A stretch of 64,000 bases of DNA from Neodothiora populina (GCF_041146345.1 NW_027191407.1:310001-374000); one strand, 5' to 3'; positions 22,637-36,830 are shown, counted from the first letter of the stretch. Numbers and translations are program-made. The notes: generated by a model not told the origin, from the letters alone.

Positions 22637-23627
22637 GATGAATAACCGCGAGCACCTGAGCCTCTCTTGTTATACCTCTGTACAATGCCAATATTACTCC
22701 GATTGTGAGATATGTCTTGCTGGTCGAATGGTCGAGCTTAACCCCGCAAATCCTCACTGCCAAAGATGACGAAACGCGTGAACGTTGCTGTATTAGGTCA
22801 AGAGGCAGAGACAAAGATGCAGCAAAGTTGGAGTTATTAGGTAATTGGCGAGATCACGCGAGCAGAAGTGGTGGACCTTGTACCTCTCTTAAGTAAATGC
22901 GACAAGAGACAAGTAGAAAAGAAAGACTAGGTGACAGAGACAAGACGGCAGAGGAAAATTCTTTTTTCCTTCTATTTCTTCGTATCAGGTTCAACAAAGT
23001 TGCAATCTGCAGGGTCCTGATATCGTCGTCTTGCGCCTCGGTCTCAGCCTAGACCCATGGCATTTTCTTTTCTCTGCAGCGGAAAGTGATAAGAAAAAAC
23101 AGACTTCGCAAATTATGGTTTGCGGTTCATGCAGCGTAGCGCAGCACAGTGCAGCTTTCCCCTCGGCCTGCTCCGATTAAGCGGCCGCCGTTGCAAGTTC
23201 TTGCTCGAACAAAACATGTAACTATCACTGTATCTGGGTATCTTAGTTCAAATTTGGCAGATTCAGACAGAGATGGCGGCGGAAGGTGGATATAAAGTGG
23301 ATCTTGGTTTGTTTGATCAGATCCGATTATATTGCAATTCCGCTGCATTTGCGCCGTGTCTAATCAGAGAATTATGAGGAGACTCTGTAGAACATGCAAA
23401 AGACCAAAACACCGATTAACTCCGGGCGCATGCAGGTACATAGATCAAGTGCCGTTCGGCGGCACGCGACGGCTTAAGAACAACACAAGGACTGTCGCGT
23501 CTCTTCACCCTTCTGGTGTGACAATCCGCCATTACAACCGCTTTGTCCCCGTCCGCAATTAGTGGGTGGATCGACATTCAACATCTCTCCCCTTTGTCGC
23601 GTTGTGGTTAGGCCTCGATGATGGCGC

Positions 23628-24345
23628 TTAAGCTGCGTCCTTCATCCTGATGAGCCCAGCTCTCTTAGCCTTGAACCATAAGGTTGGCAAGAGAATGCAC
23701 GAGCAAGTGAAGAGGATACTAAAATTCCATGCTTGTCAGCACTAATCTCTTGTCTTCCACATTCGTAAGGAAAAACTTACCACAAGGCGATGCAGAAGCC
23801 CCAAATGGCCTTGGTCTCGTAGCAATTGGCCCTAGTGCTACCCGCCCAAGTATACAGACCAAGGGTACCGCCGCTTTTGATGTTTGCGACCAAGCTGGAG
23901 ATCCACGAAGCAGTGCCGTCGGCGCTCGCTTTGGACGAAACATTGGGCGCAGCCATGCAGTTCAGGAAGCTAATTGGCTTTCCTACGACCACACTGATGA
24001 CAACGAAAGCAATGAGCAGGAGCGAGTCGATGCCCGTCATGATGAAGAGGCCGAGGTTGGCTCCGGCATAGAAGAGAGCGATACTAATGAGGCAGTACAG
24101 AGCCGCGATCGAAGTCTATGCATGACTGGTCAGTTGAAATTCCAGTAATCGAATTTCATGTCACTGCGGCGTACAATACTGAGAGTACCGACAATCTCCT
24201 TTGGAGGGGACACATTGGTGGATACTATTTCCGCGACGAAGTTGGCCGTTATGCCCACAATGGCGACCATGGACACCAACGCTAGGCCCCGGACATAGAG
24301 GAAGGTCTTCGCCAGGGGAAGGGCGCCGTAGTCTGGAATAGGCAT
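23628..24345 (-). CDS. Small four-TM membrane protein (MARVEL-like), 3 exons
   Basis: MPIPDYGALPL...IVGTLSI | TSIAALYCLISI...NCYETKAIWGFCIALC | ILFTCSCILLPTLWFKAKRAG...DAA*; two GT-AG introns join hydrophobic segments in frame. Confidence 0.75.
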
Positions 24346-26090
24346 CTTGAATGATATTTGTTCCGATGGATTACGCTACTGGAGGAAAAGTAGACTGGAA
24401 GAGACTGTGTGCGCTGGGTTGGCTGGTATCCAATGAAAGACTCGAAAAAAATGGTGAAACAGTTATCTGATCAACGTAAGGATTGAAAACGAAATTGCAG
24501 TGCCTGGAAAGAGGAAAAGACCAAAGACTTAAGGAAAAAGGAAAGGTGCTCTGAAAGAACTGCTCTGATGTTGTAGGATGATGAGACCGTTCCAGACCAG
24601 GAAAGACAAGAGTCTTAAGTACAACAGACACCTCCCCCAGGCGTCATCAGCCATGTCCAGAACAGAGTAACGAGTCTAGATACTAATTCAGTATCCCTCT
24701 GGTCAAACAGAAGCTCGTTTTTCGAAGCGCTCTACAGCTATTCATGGCCAATCGATGCAGGTGGACCGTGCCGTGCAGCGCGCTTGCAGCCACATTTCAC
24801 TTCATACACTTTTGTTTGGGACAGGAGCTTCTCTTACGTTCAGACTTGCGACACTGATCCTGGAGATCTACTCGCGCTCACTCGGTCGCAGGTTTGGCGT
24901 GATGGCGAGACTGTCCGGAAGTCTCAAGCGACAGCCCCGTCGAGGCGAGCGTTCTCGGGTCCTCTAAGAATAACATACTACCCGGGATCGCGCTCGCACG
25001 GTAAGTAAGATGCTCGCTCGCATATTTTGTAGTGTGCAGTGGGGTTGGTAGACAGAGTTCATGTCTTGCATCAATTAGACATAGCCACGTCCGGAAGCGC
25101 TCATATATGGAAACCCAGTCAAAATCGGCCATGAATGTCAACAAGACTCGTACGGACCCTCGCTTACTCTGACAGCACCATCGTCTCACCGATGGAGAGA
25201 TGACACAGTCGATACTATGGTGACCAGTAACATGACTTTAAGCAGCAAAACAAGCCTGTATAAACTTGATATGTATGAGCAAATACACTGTGCTGAAGAC
25301 AGACATAAAGGCATCGATGCATGTACTGTGACGGATATCTCAGGATAGACAGGGGCATATTCGCGTAAGCCGTAAATGATTGTCCCTGGGAGGATGTCTC
25401 TGATTTGGACATATTTGTCTTCCGTGTCTGACGATCATAGTGTGTCATGTGGAGCAGATTCTCGATGTGGCTGTTCATTGACGGAGACACATGATGCTAT
25501 ATCTGGAAGGACGTCTCGCAGACTATACGACAGACACGGACAGCATTGGGACCCGCGTAGGCATTATACTTGCACCAAGTACACATATCAAAGATGTTAT
25601 GACGGTCAATACATTTATTTGTTGCATGTGAACTCTTTTCTTCAAATAGCTATTACCCCAACATCGCGGGGTGCGGGGATGATAGTTACAGCATAAAGGT
25701 CCGTCCTTGCGCAAGGAGTCCAAGTTCTGCCCCTCGAATCCGTCAATTTCGCTACGAAGAGGTGCTACTCGAGACAGGAAATTTCTCTGGTGGTGCGACC
25801 CGAGTTCAGCATCCTCTTAGGCACTCAAGCATGCGGATGCGCGGCCCGAGTTGGATCATACCACCTGCATAGGCGTAGGCTTGACCGGCTATGCCTACCC
25901 ATTCAAGTAGCTGGACCTCCACTTTAACCTTTGCCCCTCGGCCAACTCTTATCTGTTATCAGGAACTCCGCACCCCCCACCGTGCTTGGGGTGATCCTTC
26001 TGATGACAATAACACTTCATTTATATCTGTTTGTCGTAGTCTTGATATCTTGCCTGCTTCTCTACTTAGGCATCTGTGAAATCAGACAGG

Positions 26091-27864
26091 ATGTGGCCGT
26101 TTGACTACTTTGAGCACTTGCAGGATTGGTGGGTTCACCTATAATGGGAACAATGTGATAAAAATAGTCTAATGTTTTTATAGCAAGAAGAAGCAAGATG
26201 AGCGAGCGTCACGAATCGCAACTCTGCCTGCTCTATATCTCCTTCCTCTGTCACCGGAGGAGAAGGCTATACTCGATGCACCTATAGATAAACTAGTCCA
26301 AGATGTCCAGAGCAGGACTATTGCCGCTGTGGACGTATTGCGTGCTTATGGAAAGGCGGCGACTAAAGCACAGGAGGCTACGAATTGTCTGACTGAGATA
26401 ATGCTTCCAGAAGCAGAGCAATGGCTGCAAGATGGCGGTATCAATCTTGATGGGCCTCTTGCCGGTATTCCTGTATCTCTCAAGGATTCCATCATCGTAG
26501 GGGGTTTCGACGCCAGCGTCGGCTACTCCAGCAAAGCTGGAAACCCTCATTTGTCAGACGGCGGTCTGACCAAGATGCTCAAGGCTGCAGGAGCTATTCC
26601 GTTTGTCAAGACGGCCTTGCCGATCACGCTGCTCTCTTTCGAGTCTACAAACGATCTATGGGGACGTTGCAAGAACCCACATAACCCCGATTACTCCCCT
26701 GGAGGCAGCAGTGGTGGCGAGGGTGCTCTCCTCGCATATGGTGGTAGCAGGATTGGCATAGGCTCTGATGTAGCCGGATCAGTCCGAGCTCCTGCACATT
26801 TCTCGGGGTGCTACTCTCTAAGATGCTCGACCGGTCGATGGCCGAAGGCTGGAGTCGACACGTCGATGCCTGGACAAGAAGGTATTCCATCCGTCTTTTC
26901 TCCCATGACTAGGACACTTTTTGACCTGCAATACTTCACCCGCGCATTCATCCAATGCGAGCCATGGAAACACGATGCGACTGTACACCCTATTCCTTGG
27001 CGACAAGATGTCAGTGATGCATTCACCGAGAAAAAGAAGCTCAGAGTCGGCGTTATGAGGACTGATGGAGTCATTGATCCTTCGCCCGCATGTATTCGGG
27101 CTCTTGAGATGACAGTGGTTGCCCTCAAGGATCAAGGTCACGATGTCTTCGATCTGACGCTGCCTCCTGGCCCATACTCTCCCTATGAGGGTCTCTGCAT
27201 CGCATCTCAACTCTTAAACGCAGATGGAACAAAGACGTTCCGTTCTTTCTTCCGCACAGGTGAAACAACCGATCCAGGCGCTGGCCAAATGACATTCTAC
27301 ATGTCCCTTCCCAGTCCGATCAGATATCTCTACTGGCTGTACGTCCGCTATATCCGACGTGACCCCATCTGGGCTGGGCTTGTGAAAGGCTTCTACGCCA
27401 AATCCGCTGCTGAAAATTGGGCACTCGTTGCAAAGAGAGAGGTTTTCAAGACCAAATGGTTCGAGTGGTGGAACGGCATAAACGAGAGTGGCGAAATGGA
27501 TGCAATCATCTGTCCACCTAATGCCACTCCAGCTGTGCCACACGATGGTATGAAATATGCCGTCTCTTCATGTGGCTACACTCTCCTGTGGAACCTTCTG
27601 GACTACACTTGCGGCATTATCCCAGTAACACATGTTGATCCTGTCCAAGACGGCCTTCCATTGGGTTTCAAGCTCAACCGACTGAACGGCGTAGCACAAG
27701 GTGCCTACAAGTACTATGATGCTCCAAAGATGGCAGGGCTTCCTGTAGCGGTCCAGGTCGTTGGAAGACGACTGGAAGAAGAGAACGTGCTTGCTATCAT
27801 GGGCAGGGTGGAGAAAGCATTAGAAGAGAAAGGGGAGCGGTACGACTTGCTCCAAGTTTCATAG
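26091..27864 (+). CDS. Amidase signature family enzyme (acetamidase/FAAH-like)
   Basis: Short exon 1 MWPFDYFEHLQD and one intron, then GPLAGIPVSLKD, PGGSSGGEG and GSDVAGSVRAPA (Lys-Ser-Ser triad). Confidence 0.93.
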
Positions 27865-28334
27865 CATGTGTAGTCTGCGGGTATGTCTGCACGTAATTGC
27901 GGGAACACATAACGCTTCCCATGATCGTTGACTGCATGTCTAAGCTACACCATTTTGTTATGCACTAATTAGCTCATATATCGGTTTCGAACGATCAGTC
28001 GTGGCGGAAGGCTCCACCACGATATCCTTGGCACAGCCGAAAGTGGAAGTCAGGATGCATAGTGGAGGAACTCCGATAAGTCCGACGCTACATTGATAAT
28101 ACAGTATCGGCGTATCTATCAATCATTTGCCTGCATACACCGTCTCACCATATTGCACCATCGTCTCCGTTCGTTAGTGATCTGTTAACTTGTCTTGTCG
28201 CCTTTGTATTCTCGAGTCATCAGCTAGACAAAGTGAGTCGTCAGATCTTCGCCATCAAGACGACCTGAGTACCTCACCTTTTCTTATTCACTCTTCCCTT
28301 GCTACCACTACGTCACTTGTGTATGATATCAAAA

Positions 28335-29569
28335 ATGGGAGGTGGGCCGAACCATGTGTTGTGTCTTTTGCCCTTGCCGGCTACAGGTGATACTGCTCAG
28401 GCGATTGAGCGTTTGAAGAAGAGGTTCCCAGATGTCAAGGTCACCTATCAGAGTGTCGCCTTCTCTCGTGATTTTGAGAAACAGGCGCTAGAGATTCCGA
28501 AGGGTATGTATCTATGTCAATTCGGTGTCATGATCAATAGAAACACCCGCTGATTGATCTCCTGCTTCGAGGTTTATGGAAGGATGTTACTGTCCTCGTA
28601 ACGTTATTCACAATGCCCCCTTCGACATCAGATGCACCTCATCTTGAGTTGGTGCAGCTCTACTCTGCAGGCTCAAACCAAGTTGCCAATAACCCGATAT
28701 ACAAGGAAACCGACATCCCAATCGCCACGGCTTCCGGGGTACATGGACCACAGATTGCCGAATGGGTCATAATGACATATCTGGTACACAGCCACAAATT
28801 CAAGCAATTGTATGAGCTACAAAAGGAGAGGAAATGGGGAGATAAGCGGGATGAGTCTGGCATCAACAAGGTCCGAGACGGCGTCGGTTTGAGATTGGGT
28901 ATATTGGGATATGGCAGCATTGGACGCCAGGTTGCCAGAGTGTGCAAGGCGATGGGTAAGCCACTGCTGATTTCGAAGCGTAATTTATGCAGGCCTTGAG
29001 ATTGACTTCAATTTTTAGGCATGGACGTCATCGCATACACAGCGACGCCAAAGGACACACCCGAGAAGAAAAAAGATCACGGGTTCATTGTGCCTGGGAC
29101 CGGCGACGCAGACGGCTCAATTCCCTCTGCTTGGTACTCCGGATTGGACAAGAAGTCCCTGCACAATTTCCTCTCACAAGATATCGACATCTTACTGGTC
29201 TCTGTTCCACTGACAGACGAAACACGTCACTTTCTCTCCACCGAAGAGTTTTCTGTCCTGAGCCAAGGAGGAAAGAAGCCCGCTTTCGTGACAAACATAG
29301 CTCGAGGACCCATCATCGATCAAGCTGCGCTCATCAAGGCTCTCAAGGATGATACACTCGCTGGTGCTGCCCTCGATGTCACTGATCCTGAACCCCTGCC
29401 CGAAGATAATGAGTTGTGGGAGCTGCCCAACGTCACGGTGACACCGCATGTGAGCGGTGCGGGACAGTCGTACACCGACCGCGTTTTCCAGATTTTGGAG
29501 CTGCAGCTTGACAGAAAGGCCAAGGGCGAGCCGTTGATCAATGTGGTCAACAGGAAACGAGGCTATTAG
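28335..29569 (+). CDS. D-isomer-specific 2-hydroxyacid dehydrogenase (NAD-binding)
   Basis: GILGYGSIG Rossmann motif, NIARG, GAALDVTDPEPLP and TPHVSG; two introns. Confidence 0.93.
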
Positions 29570-29774
29570 TATTAAAGTAGTATATATATTCACTGCTGCA
29601 AAGTGCCAACGATACATAGAAGAGTACTCCTCAATGTCCAAGTTGCCCGTCCTTACCTCCAAAGCTTCGAGACCAAAGTAACGGCATCTGCTCGATCCGG
29701 TTACTGAAACAAATAAAACAACCGACCGTCAATCGTGCAGGACAAGTGAGACAGCAGAGCAAAAACAAAAGCAA

Positions 29775-29869
29775 TGATTCCGCCCGGGTTCGAACCGGGG
29801 ACCGCCTGTGCACATAAGATCCGAGGACGTCTGTTAGACAGAAGTGATAACCAACTACACCACAGAACC
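29775..29869 (-). tRNA. tRNA-Val(AAC) with 21-nt intron
   Basis: Reverse complement GGTTCTG TGGTGTAGTTGGTTATCAC T TCTGT CTAACA [GACGTCCTCGGATCTTATGTG] C ACAGG CGGTC CCCGG TTCGAAC CCGGG CGGAATC A; all stems pair; T-run terminator at 29761-29770. Confidence 0.95.
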
Positions 29870-31899
29870 AGCTGTGCAAACTTTGACACGAATTGAATAT
29901 ATGTAGTGTGCTAGTGACATCGATGGCTCAAGAGATACTCGAGGTGTGCTGGGACTGCCTAGTCAATCTGATGAGGTCGTGGGGAATTCTTGGTTCTTCG
30001 GAATGTGCTGCATGTCTACTGCTTGTCTGCTGCGTGCCATACTTGATTCTTCGCCATGGACGCTGCTTTGTCCTCTGACATATCAGGTTGAGGAGGCTCC
30101 TTGGACAGGGTCCGCCTCCAGTCTATCTTGGACAACTGCATATGACTTGCTTGCTCATGCTATCCTCGAGCAATGTTCGCGAGCTGACGACTAGCATGAT
30201 GGCGCTTTAGTCATAGATGCGATTTGAAGAGTGTCTCGCAGTATACATCAACGTGATAGTCCTATGTGCAACATCTTTACTCAATGTGCTCAGGTAGATA
30301 TCCTGGCAATTGTCTCATTGAATATTGTATAGCAGGTTCTTGATGCTATGCACATGATGATGACGAGGACAATGTTATCTCACAATCTGCCCTGTCATTT
30401 CTCATCGAGCTGCCCCCGTCTCAATATGCAATGTTGACTTCTCCATGGCATTAATCTTGGCGTGACACCTGCAACGACTAACGGATCGACCATAGGTTTC
30501 GACAGCGAGTATGCCAACTGCTTTGAGGCTCCTGAGACTTGATCTCGAGTATTTCTCCTGTCCGTGTATCCGGAACTTGGGCTCGTCTCTTTGGCTTTGT
30601 CGGCGTTAAGCCCTCCCGGAAATTCTAGATAAGGTAGTGTGCGTCCGTGCGTCCGTGCGGTCAGATGGTCAGATGCAGGTGGTCAGTAATTACGGATTTT
30701 TATATCTTTCCCGCGTATACCATGCAAACAGCATGACTTGTTTTGCCAGCGACACGAGGAAGAAACGTAAGGAAAGACACGTTGCCGGGCGCTCGCAGTC
30801 ATCTCATGTTGTTGGAATGGAGAATACCATTGGATTCAGTCTGCCAGCCTTGATGAAGCCTTCATAGCCGATGTCCTGACGCGATGCGATCAGACGTCTG
30901 ACGGCCGTGGGAGTTCCACCCATCAACCATTCACCATAACTTGTAGATGAGGATTTGCTGGGCCTGAACATTCTCTGTCTCTTCCAATATGCCGCTACCG
31001 CCAATGCCATTCGCGAAGAATGGCCAGAATGGTGTGGTCGGCGGCAAGTTCCGCCGCTCCGCTCTCACCATGTTAGCAAGGACTCCCGTGCCACGTAAAG
31101 ACATCTCCTGTCATGAGCACCTCCCTTCTTTGGCTTTGCCATCCAGATGTTATTTGGTGCATCATTCCTTGATGTTCAGCTTCCACATATCCATCGTTGC
31201 TTCATCGATAGCTGTTCCCTTCGGTTTCAGGGTCGAGTGCGCGTCTTCAGTCGACCGGGATGAGTGTCAGGACCGACCTTTGTTTCGCTCACATAGACCA
31301 TGTCGCTATAGTCGCCATTGTCACTCGATAGGACGATGTTATGCTCAGAGCATGAATCGGGGACACTGACTTTTTGCTGTATCTGAATTCGCGTGCTCAC
31401 AGCTACAGAGCTTGCAAGCAAGAGTTCCATGTTTAGCACAGCAATATTCGAAGCACTTATGCAGTTTGACCACCGACGAACACGCAGCAGGCCTCGAAGA
31501 ACTTTCATACGACTCAGGCTCTTGATATCTGTCTTCAAGATAGCAGAATAGTTTCCGCCACGTTATCGAAGAGGCTTTGTTGTGCTCTTGTCTGACCCGT
31601 TCTTACAAGGAGAGTGTTTTGTCAGATATACAAGACCAGAAGAAGCTCACTTCATGGTATCGACACCACGATCTGCGTGGTACCAGCCTTTGACCAATCC
31701 AAGCTGGCCAAGCTTGGGCTGCGTTCATGTGGTCATCCATCTTTGGTTTCTCACCTCGAATGGCGACAGGCTATCACTTACCTCAGCAACATAGTAGTGA
31801 TCAAAAGTCCGCGCCATATGTCTGTTTGGTGTCTTACCGATGGTGTCGATCTCTGCAGCCCATCGGCCGTCCAAATCGCACACCGCAAGCAAGCCATAT

Positions 31900-32760
31900 T
31901 CACAAGTCGAATCGTGATATCAATGGTGGAGCGCTTGTGGGAACTCAGGAAAGCTTCGTCAAATGGATTCGGTAGTGGCCCGGTGGTTGAGGGCCATGCA
32001 CCTGCCTCATGAATATCGATCACACCAGTTGCGCCGACATCTTTCCCGACTCTTATGAGGCAAAGTCAAAGTTGTTGTCGAGCAAGGCGACTGACATGTC
32101 GAAGGACGATAGTAGCTTCTCGCAGAAGACTGGGACAATCATTCGTTCTTCTCGGGAAACGTTGCCTCGAACCTTTCACAAGCTGGACCCGCGTGTTGCT
32201 TCAGCCAGACTGAGCCACTCGTGGTACATGATGACTAAGCGAGAGTATTCCTTCAGGATATGGCCAACTTTGAGAGACGACGCTCCAATTCGAGCTTGGT
32301 GGTTCCACCTCGACCAGTGGTAGTCTTCCTTAAGAGCTTGGTACAGTACGCCATTCCTGGCTTTGTGGTCTATACGCGGCTCACAGTGTGGTTCGAGGGG
32401 CTGCCACCTTCCTCTCGCTAGGCTACTCTTTCGCCAAGCAGCAACGCGACCTGGGTATCGATGACATGGCATCTGACCACAAGACTGTTTCACGTTGGGA
32501 CTAGGCGGATCGCGTCAAGTTACTCGTTCCTTCAGGGTGATAATCTGGACGTTGTCAATCAATCGCTTGAGAATGAAGCCTACTACACCTGCTGTCAGAC
32601 AGGGAGGCTCATCGACTCATAGAAATCGGGACCTTGCACATACCCATTGTCAAGATCTCTATCGAAGTTTGGTGATCCGCGACGAGGGAGCCCATATGGT
32701 TGGTCGAATGCACCACTGTGATCAAGACTTCTGGTGGAGTGGTTTGCGATTCTGGTAGTC
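31900..32760 (-). pseudogene. Possible decayed intron-containing gene of unknown family
   Basis: Canonical intron 32643-32589 (gtatgt...ctgac...cag) followed by a long protein-like frame broken by several stops (GVVGFILKRLIDNVQIITLKERVT*...EKLLSSFDMSVALLDNNFDFAS*). Confidence 0.35.
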
Positions 32761-34528
32761 GCAATCAGAAGGAATGCGAACCTCGTGCACGAACATGGCA
32801 GTCCAGGACCAGGATTGATAATGCCGGTGCCTTAGACACTTGCGAGGTGTTGCTTACTGTTCTAAGGGATGTGTGAATATCACAGAGGACAGAGGATACG
32901 CAATTCTCTTGGTCACCATAATCACACCATCATTCTGGTCAGACGTCTCGACCAAGACGAAGGCTAACTTGTCCTCGCTGGTTTATTCTCGGATCGGTTG
33001 TGCTGCTTATGCATCCTGCCAGCTCTCGATCGGGGTGCGCGATGCACCTTCACTATCCTGCTAGCGAAAGGACTAGCTCATCAAGTTCAGGCTGTCGGCA
33101 GCGGTATGGGCCTTTGACGCTTTACTTAGGGCGAGAGAACATAATGGCGATCGCTCTATTATGAACACGATGTGAAAGCACCATGAGGACAAGCGCAGAT
33201 TGGATGACCTTGGGCAAATCCAAAGCTACATTTTGCAGACACAGCGCACAGACCATGCCTCTCTGCAATCACATACACAAGCAGCCTGCGAAACGATACA
33301 CTGGGCCACGGTATGTTGCTTGTAGAGCCCCGTAGTCAGCAAGATGCGAGACTAGCAAGTGCGAGTCAGACGAGAATGGGTGCATAAGACTTGAGCGAGG
33401 CACATTGTCCAAAAAGGCTCCGATCCCATCACGCTGCCAAATCAAGGGAAATCCTCGAACAGTATCAATATGCTCTTCATTTGAGCTCGATTATGGTTCA
33501 TTGGGCTACGTAGGCAGATGTTGAGAGACCACGTCAGGAGTGGAACTTGATGTGTTCCTCTTTCCTGCCCACTGTCCCTCATGCCCTCGCGCAAAGCATG
33601 AGAACAGAGGCGACGATTATATCCCTGCAGCATCGTCTTGCCATGTGTTCGATGAGGTCATACATGAAGATTATGAACATGTATATTGCCCATAGCGTGC
33701 TCCTCACCACGGTTGTCCTTTTCATGGAAGAATATTCCTCAAGCATTTGGCAGCGTCACTGGTCGTTAACGATGTCCATACGGTCAGCCGATAAGACCTT
33801 GAGCTATACACAGTGACTGCTAGCAGGGGCGCATTATGGCTACACAGAGTCAAGGCCTATGTCTTGATAGTTCGTAGACAGTTGCCATTGCATCGTGGCG
33901 AGTGCTTCTCATCTCTTGCGGATTGCTGGCAGGGTCATCCTGGGATAGTCGTTGCCTCCTGATCTGATCAGATCTACAAGGTCATATCTTCAAGGCCATG
34001 TCAGCAAAGTGCTTGCTGGCCGTGGCATGCAGAGCATCAGGAGTACAACCCCACTTAGATTGTCCTTGCCTGTTACAATCGATGTTGTATGGAGCTGCTC
34101 TATCAGGGCTCAACAAGTGCTACAGAGTGGCTTTTGTTGGTACATTTCATACAAGCCGCAAAAATCGACATCAACACATCGTACCGACAAGAGAACAGAG
34201 CAACGGCAATACAGACAGACAGAACACAAGAGGATCGCGACGGCATCCTCATATTACTACTGACGTATGAACCCAGCGTGTCGTGTTGTGAGGGCATCGG
34301 TGGAGCGTGGTGGCCTCCCATGTTTACACTCCACACGCACACACTTACCACATGCATCAAATTACTATGGGTATACGAGCAAGAGGATCAAGCACACGAG
34401 CACAATCACATCAAGGAATAGGAGATACAACTCTCTTCTTCAGCTCCCAGTCCAAAGACCAGGAAGACCAATGAAAAAATGGTGACTCATTCGTCGACCT
34501 GAGAAAGTGCAATACAGGTGACAGTCAA

Positions 34529-34858
34529 GTTCCAAAGATTGGCGTCTCTGTTTCAAGACGCGGAGGGCCGTCTGCGGCTGAACACAGTCAGGCGCGCCCC
34601 CAAAAATGGTTCCACTATGAAGAAGACATGTTAGAACAGGAAAGGTAATCACCATCAAAGTCATGGTTGAGCTGAGTACTTACAAAATTGTCTCCGTTAA
34701 GAGAACCAAAAGAGAGCCGTCTGCCGCTAAAGACAGTCAGGCGACTCCCAGATAAGGGGGGAGCCAGTCCCCTGAGGGAGGAAAGAAGGATGAGTTGAGA
34801 AGAGAAAGGGCGAGCTTATATACCTGCCACCTTCACCTTGCTTACGTAACCGGGGCAT
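34529..34858 (-). other. Putative spliced ncRNA or micropeptide unit with two copies of a ~74-nt module
   Basis: Intron 34683-34615 (gtaagt...ctaac...tag); copies at 34750-34609 (spliced) and 34602-34529. Confidence 0.5.
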
Positions 34859-36830
34859 GCCCCTTCCTCGCTTAGACTCCCTTCCTGAGCCTGGGGCAAC
34901 TACATGGGTACTTGCTTTGCGAGTGGTATCCCAGGCACTGGTACGCCCCTGGGCTATCTAACAGCGAGCCCTTACTGTGTGATGAGTCACTTGAAGAAGA
35001 CTGGTCTACAGGAGCGCTGTTGTCTCTAGAACAACACGCTGCGAAGGGTATCTACCCTCCAAAAGATCTCTCACGTCCTTGGGATACCCCTTAGTGGTCT
35101 CTTCCATGCAATGTGTTGCTCTCCTGATGCTATCGCCGTCTGTTCCACGATTCGAGCAGTGGCAGCAGTCTCTAGGACAACTTAGTGAATACACTGCAAA
35201 TTTGCCTGTTTGTATTCTCAGTTGTCGTCTCTGTCAGAGGCTCCTTATGCTCGTCAGTGAGATCTATCTGCCTGCTGAGATGCTTCATGCATCCTCTAGA
35301 CCACCTCAGAACTTTACGTGTGTACTCTGTTGTAACGACGCAATTGGACAGCTATCTCCCTGCTTCCGTCCTAAGCTGGCTGTATTCGAACATGCATTGC
35401 AGACCTACTCCCCTTGGCTCACATAAGCTATATCGGGGGCACCTTCATGATAAGGGAGTGTGTATGCGCTCCAACAACGCTCTTTGCTTCCATGGCCTCC
35501 CACATGACATAGCCGTCTGTTCACTTCATGAGTAGCGACGAGTCTACAGACCGCTAGGTCGCTTGAGCTTCGATGCATGATCCTGCAGCCTGACATTGCT
35601 GTGTGGATTGTTGTGCCTGAAAGCGCGGCTCGCTATCAGCCAGCCTCAAGTTCATGTTTACGTGCCCAATATGTAAAGTCTTTACAGCATGTCCTCGTAC
35701 TCGTGAGGGTACACAATCGAGACATTCTGTTGCTTGAGAGTCGCACTTGTATAGCTCTACAGGACAGCATGTATCGGTTGTGACGGACTCCTACACAATC
35801 ATGTACCCCTTTATTGAGGCATGGATCTTGTCTGCCACATTCACTACATTAGATTGGTCTGGCGGCCTCACTAAGATCTTGAAAAGCTCGCGTTGAGTCA
35901 GGCACTCGTTCTAGTGTGGTGCACAAGTCACATAAGTTAGCGACAGCAGCATGACACGGGCACAACCCTTGTAGTTGCACCGATTGAATGTTGCATTATC
36001 TAAACCACTAGCTGGCGAGATGTTGTGATGCCATACAGCTATCATGTAAACCCCATAGGCGTAGTGCCAGGCGGATTCTAGGTGGACCACTGCCTTGATG
36101 GTTCCCATCGTGCTCTGCAGCTCGCCGCCCTCCCTTCTACCTTTCAATACGGGCTGGGAAGACTCATGGTCTACGGCGAGTCTATAGGCGAACTTGGTTG
36201 AGCGAAATCGCTCGTGCATGGAATGTCCTCTTGTCTTAACACCCGACACCCATCAGCATGGTAGTAGTGGTGAAGACATGCGGCTAGGCATGATTTGAAG
36301 ACGACAGCCCGTACCAAGAATCGTAGTGAAGGTTGAACCATGAGCCACGCTGGGAGCTGCTTAGGTGACGCTATTGTGGAAGCGCGCGTGGTGCCAAAAG
36401 AAGACGATCCGACCTGAAGGCCGAAGATGAACGATATCGGAGTCCTGGGACACGTTGCCTAATGCCGAAAGACGAATTGTGCAAGGCATTGCTCTGAGCT
36501 GTCTGATCCTGGGCTGCATTCAGCTTCATAGCAAGGATGACAGTAGCCGTCTGCTGAAGATCTGTCTATAGGCACCTATTCTCCGTGAGCTGTGATGAGC
36601 AAGAAGCGATGAGCATCCCAATGGTCACACGGGAGCCACCAGTACGCGATGGGCCGATGAGGTATCGCAGGTCTGGCAGCGATGCTGCCCTTCTACATGT
36701 CAATTGCCATTCGAAAGGTAGCTGCCGTGATGTAAGAAGCTTGCGAAGCGCGGTCTAGATCTCAGCGTTCGTTGCGTAAGGTGCGAGGCATGGCCACTAT
36801 CATGAGCACGCGCGGACAAGCATTGTCAAC

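Noticed and set aside
25421..25540. Perfect 10-bp inverted repeat (tccgtgtctg/cagacacgga) as MITE or milRNA precursor
   Set aside because: Several such repeats are expected by chance in 64 kb; no target-site duplication or second copy was seen.
19563..29569. Metabolic gene cluster (GFA, MFS, amidase, dehydrogenase)
   Set aside because: No backbone enzyme, shared pathway or shared promoter motif is evident; adjacency alone is insufficient.
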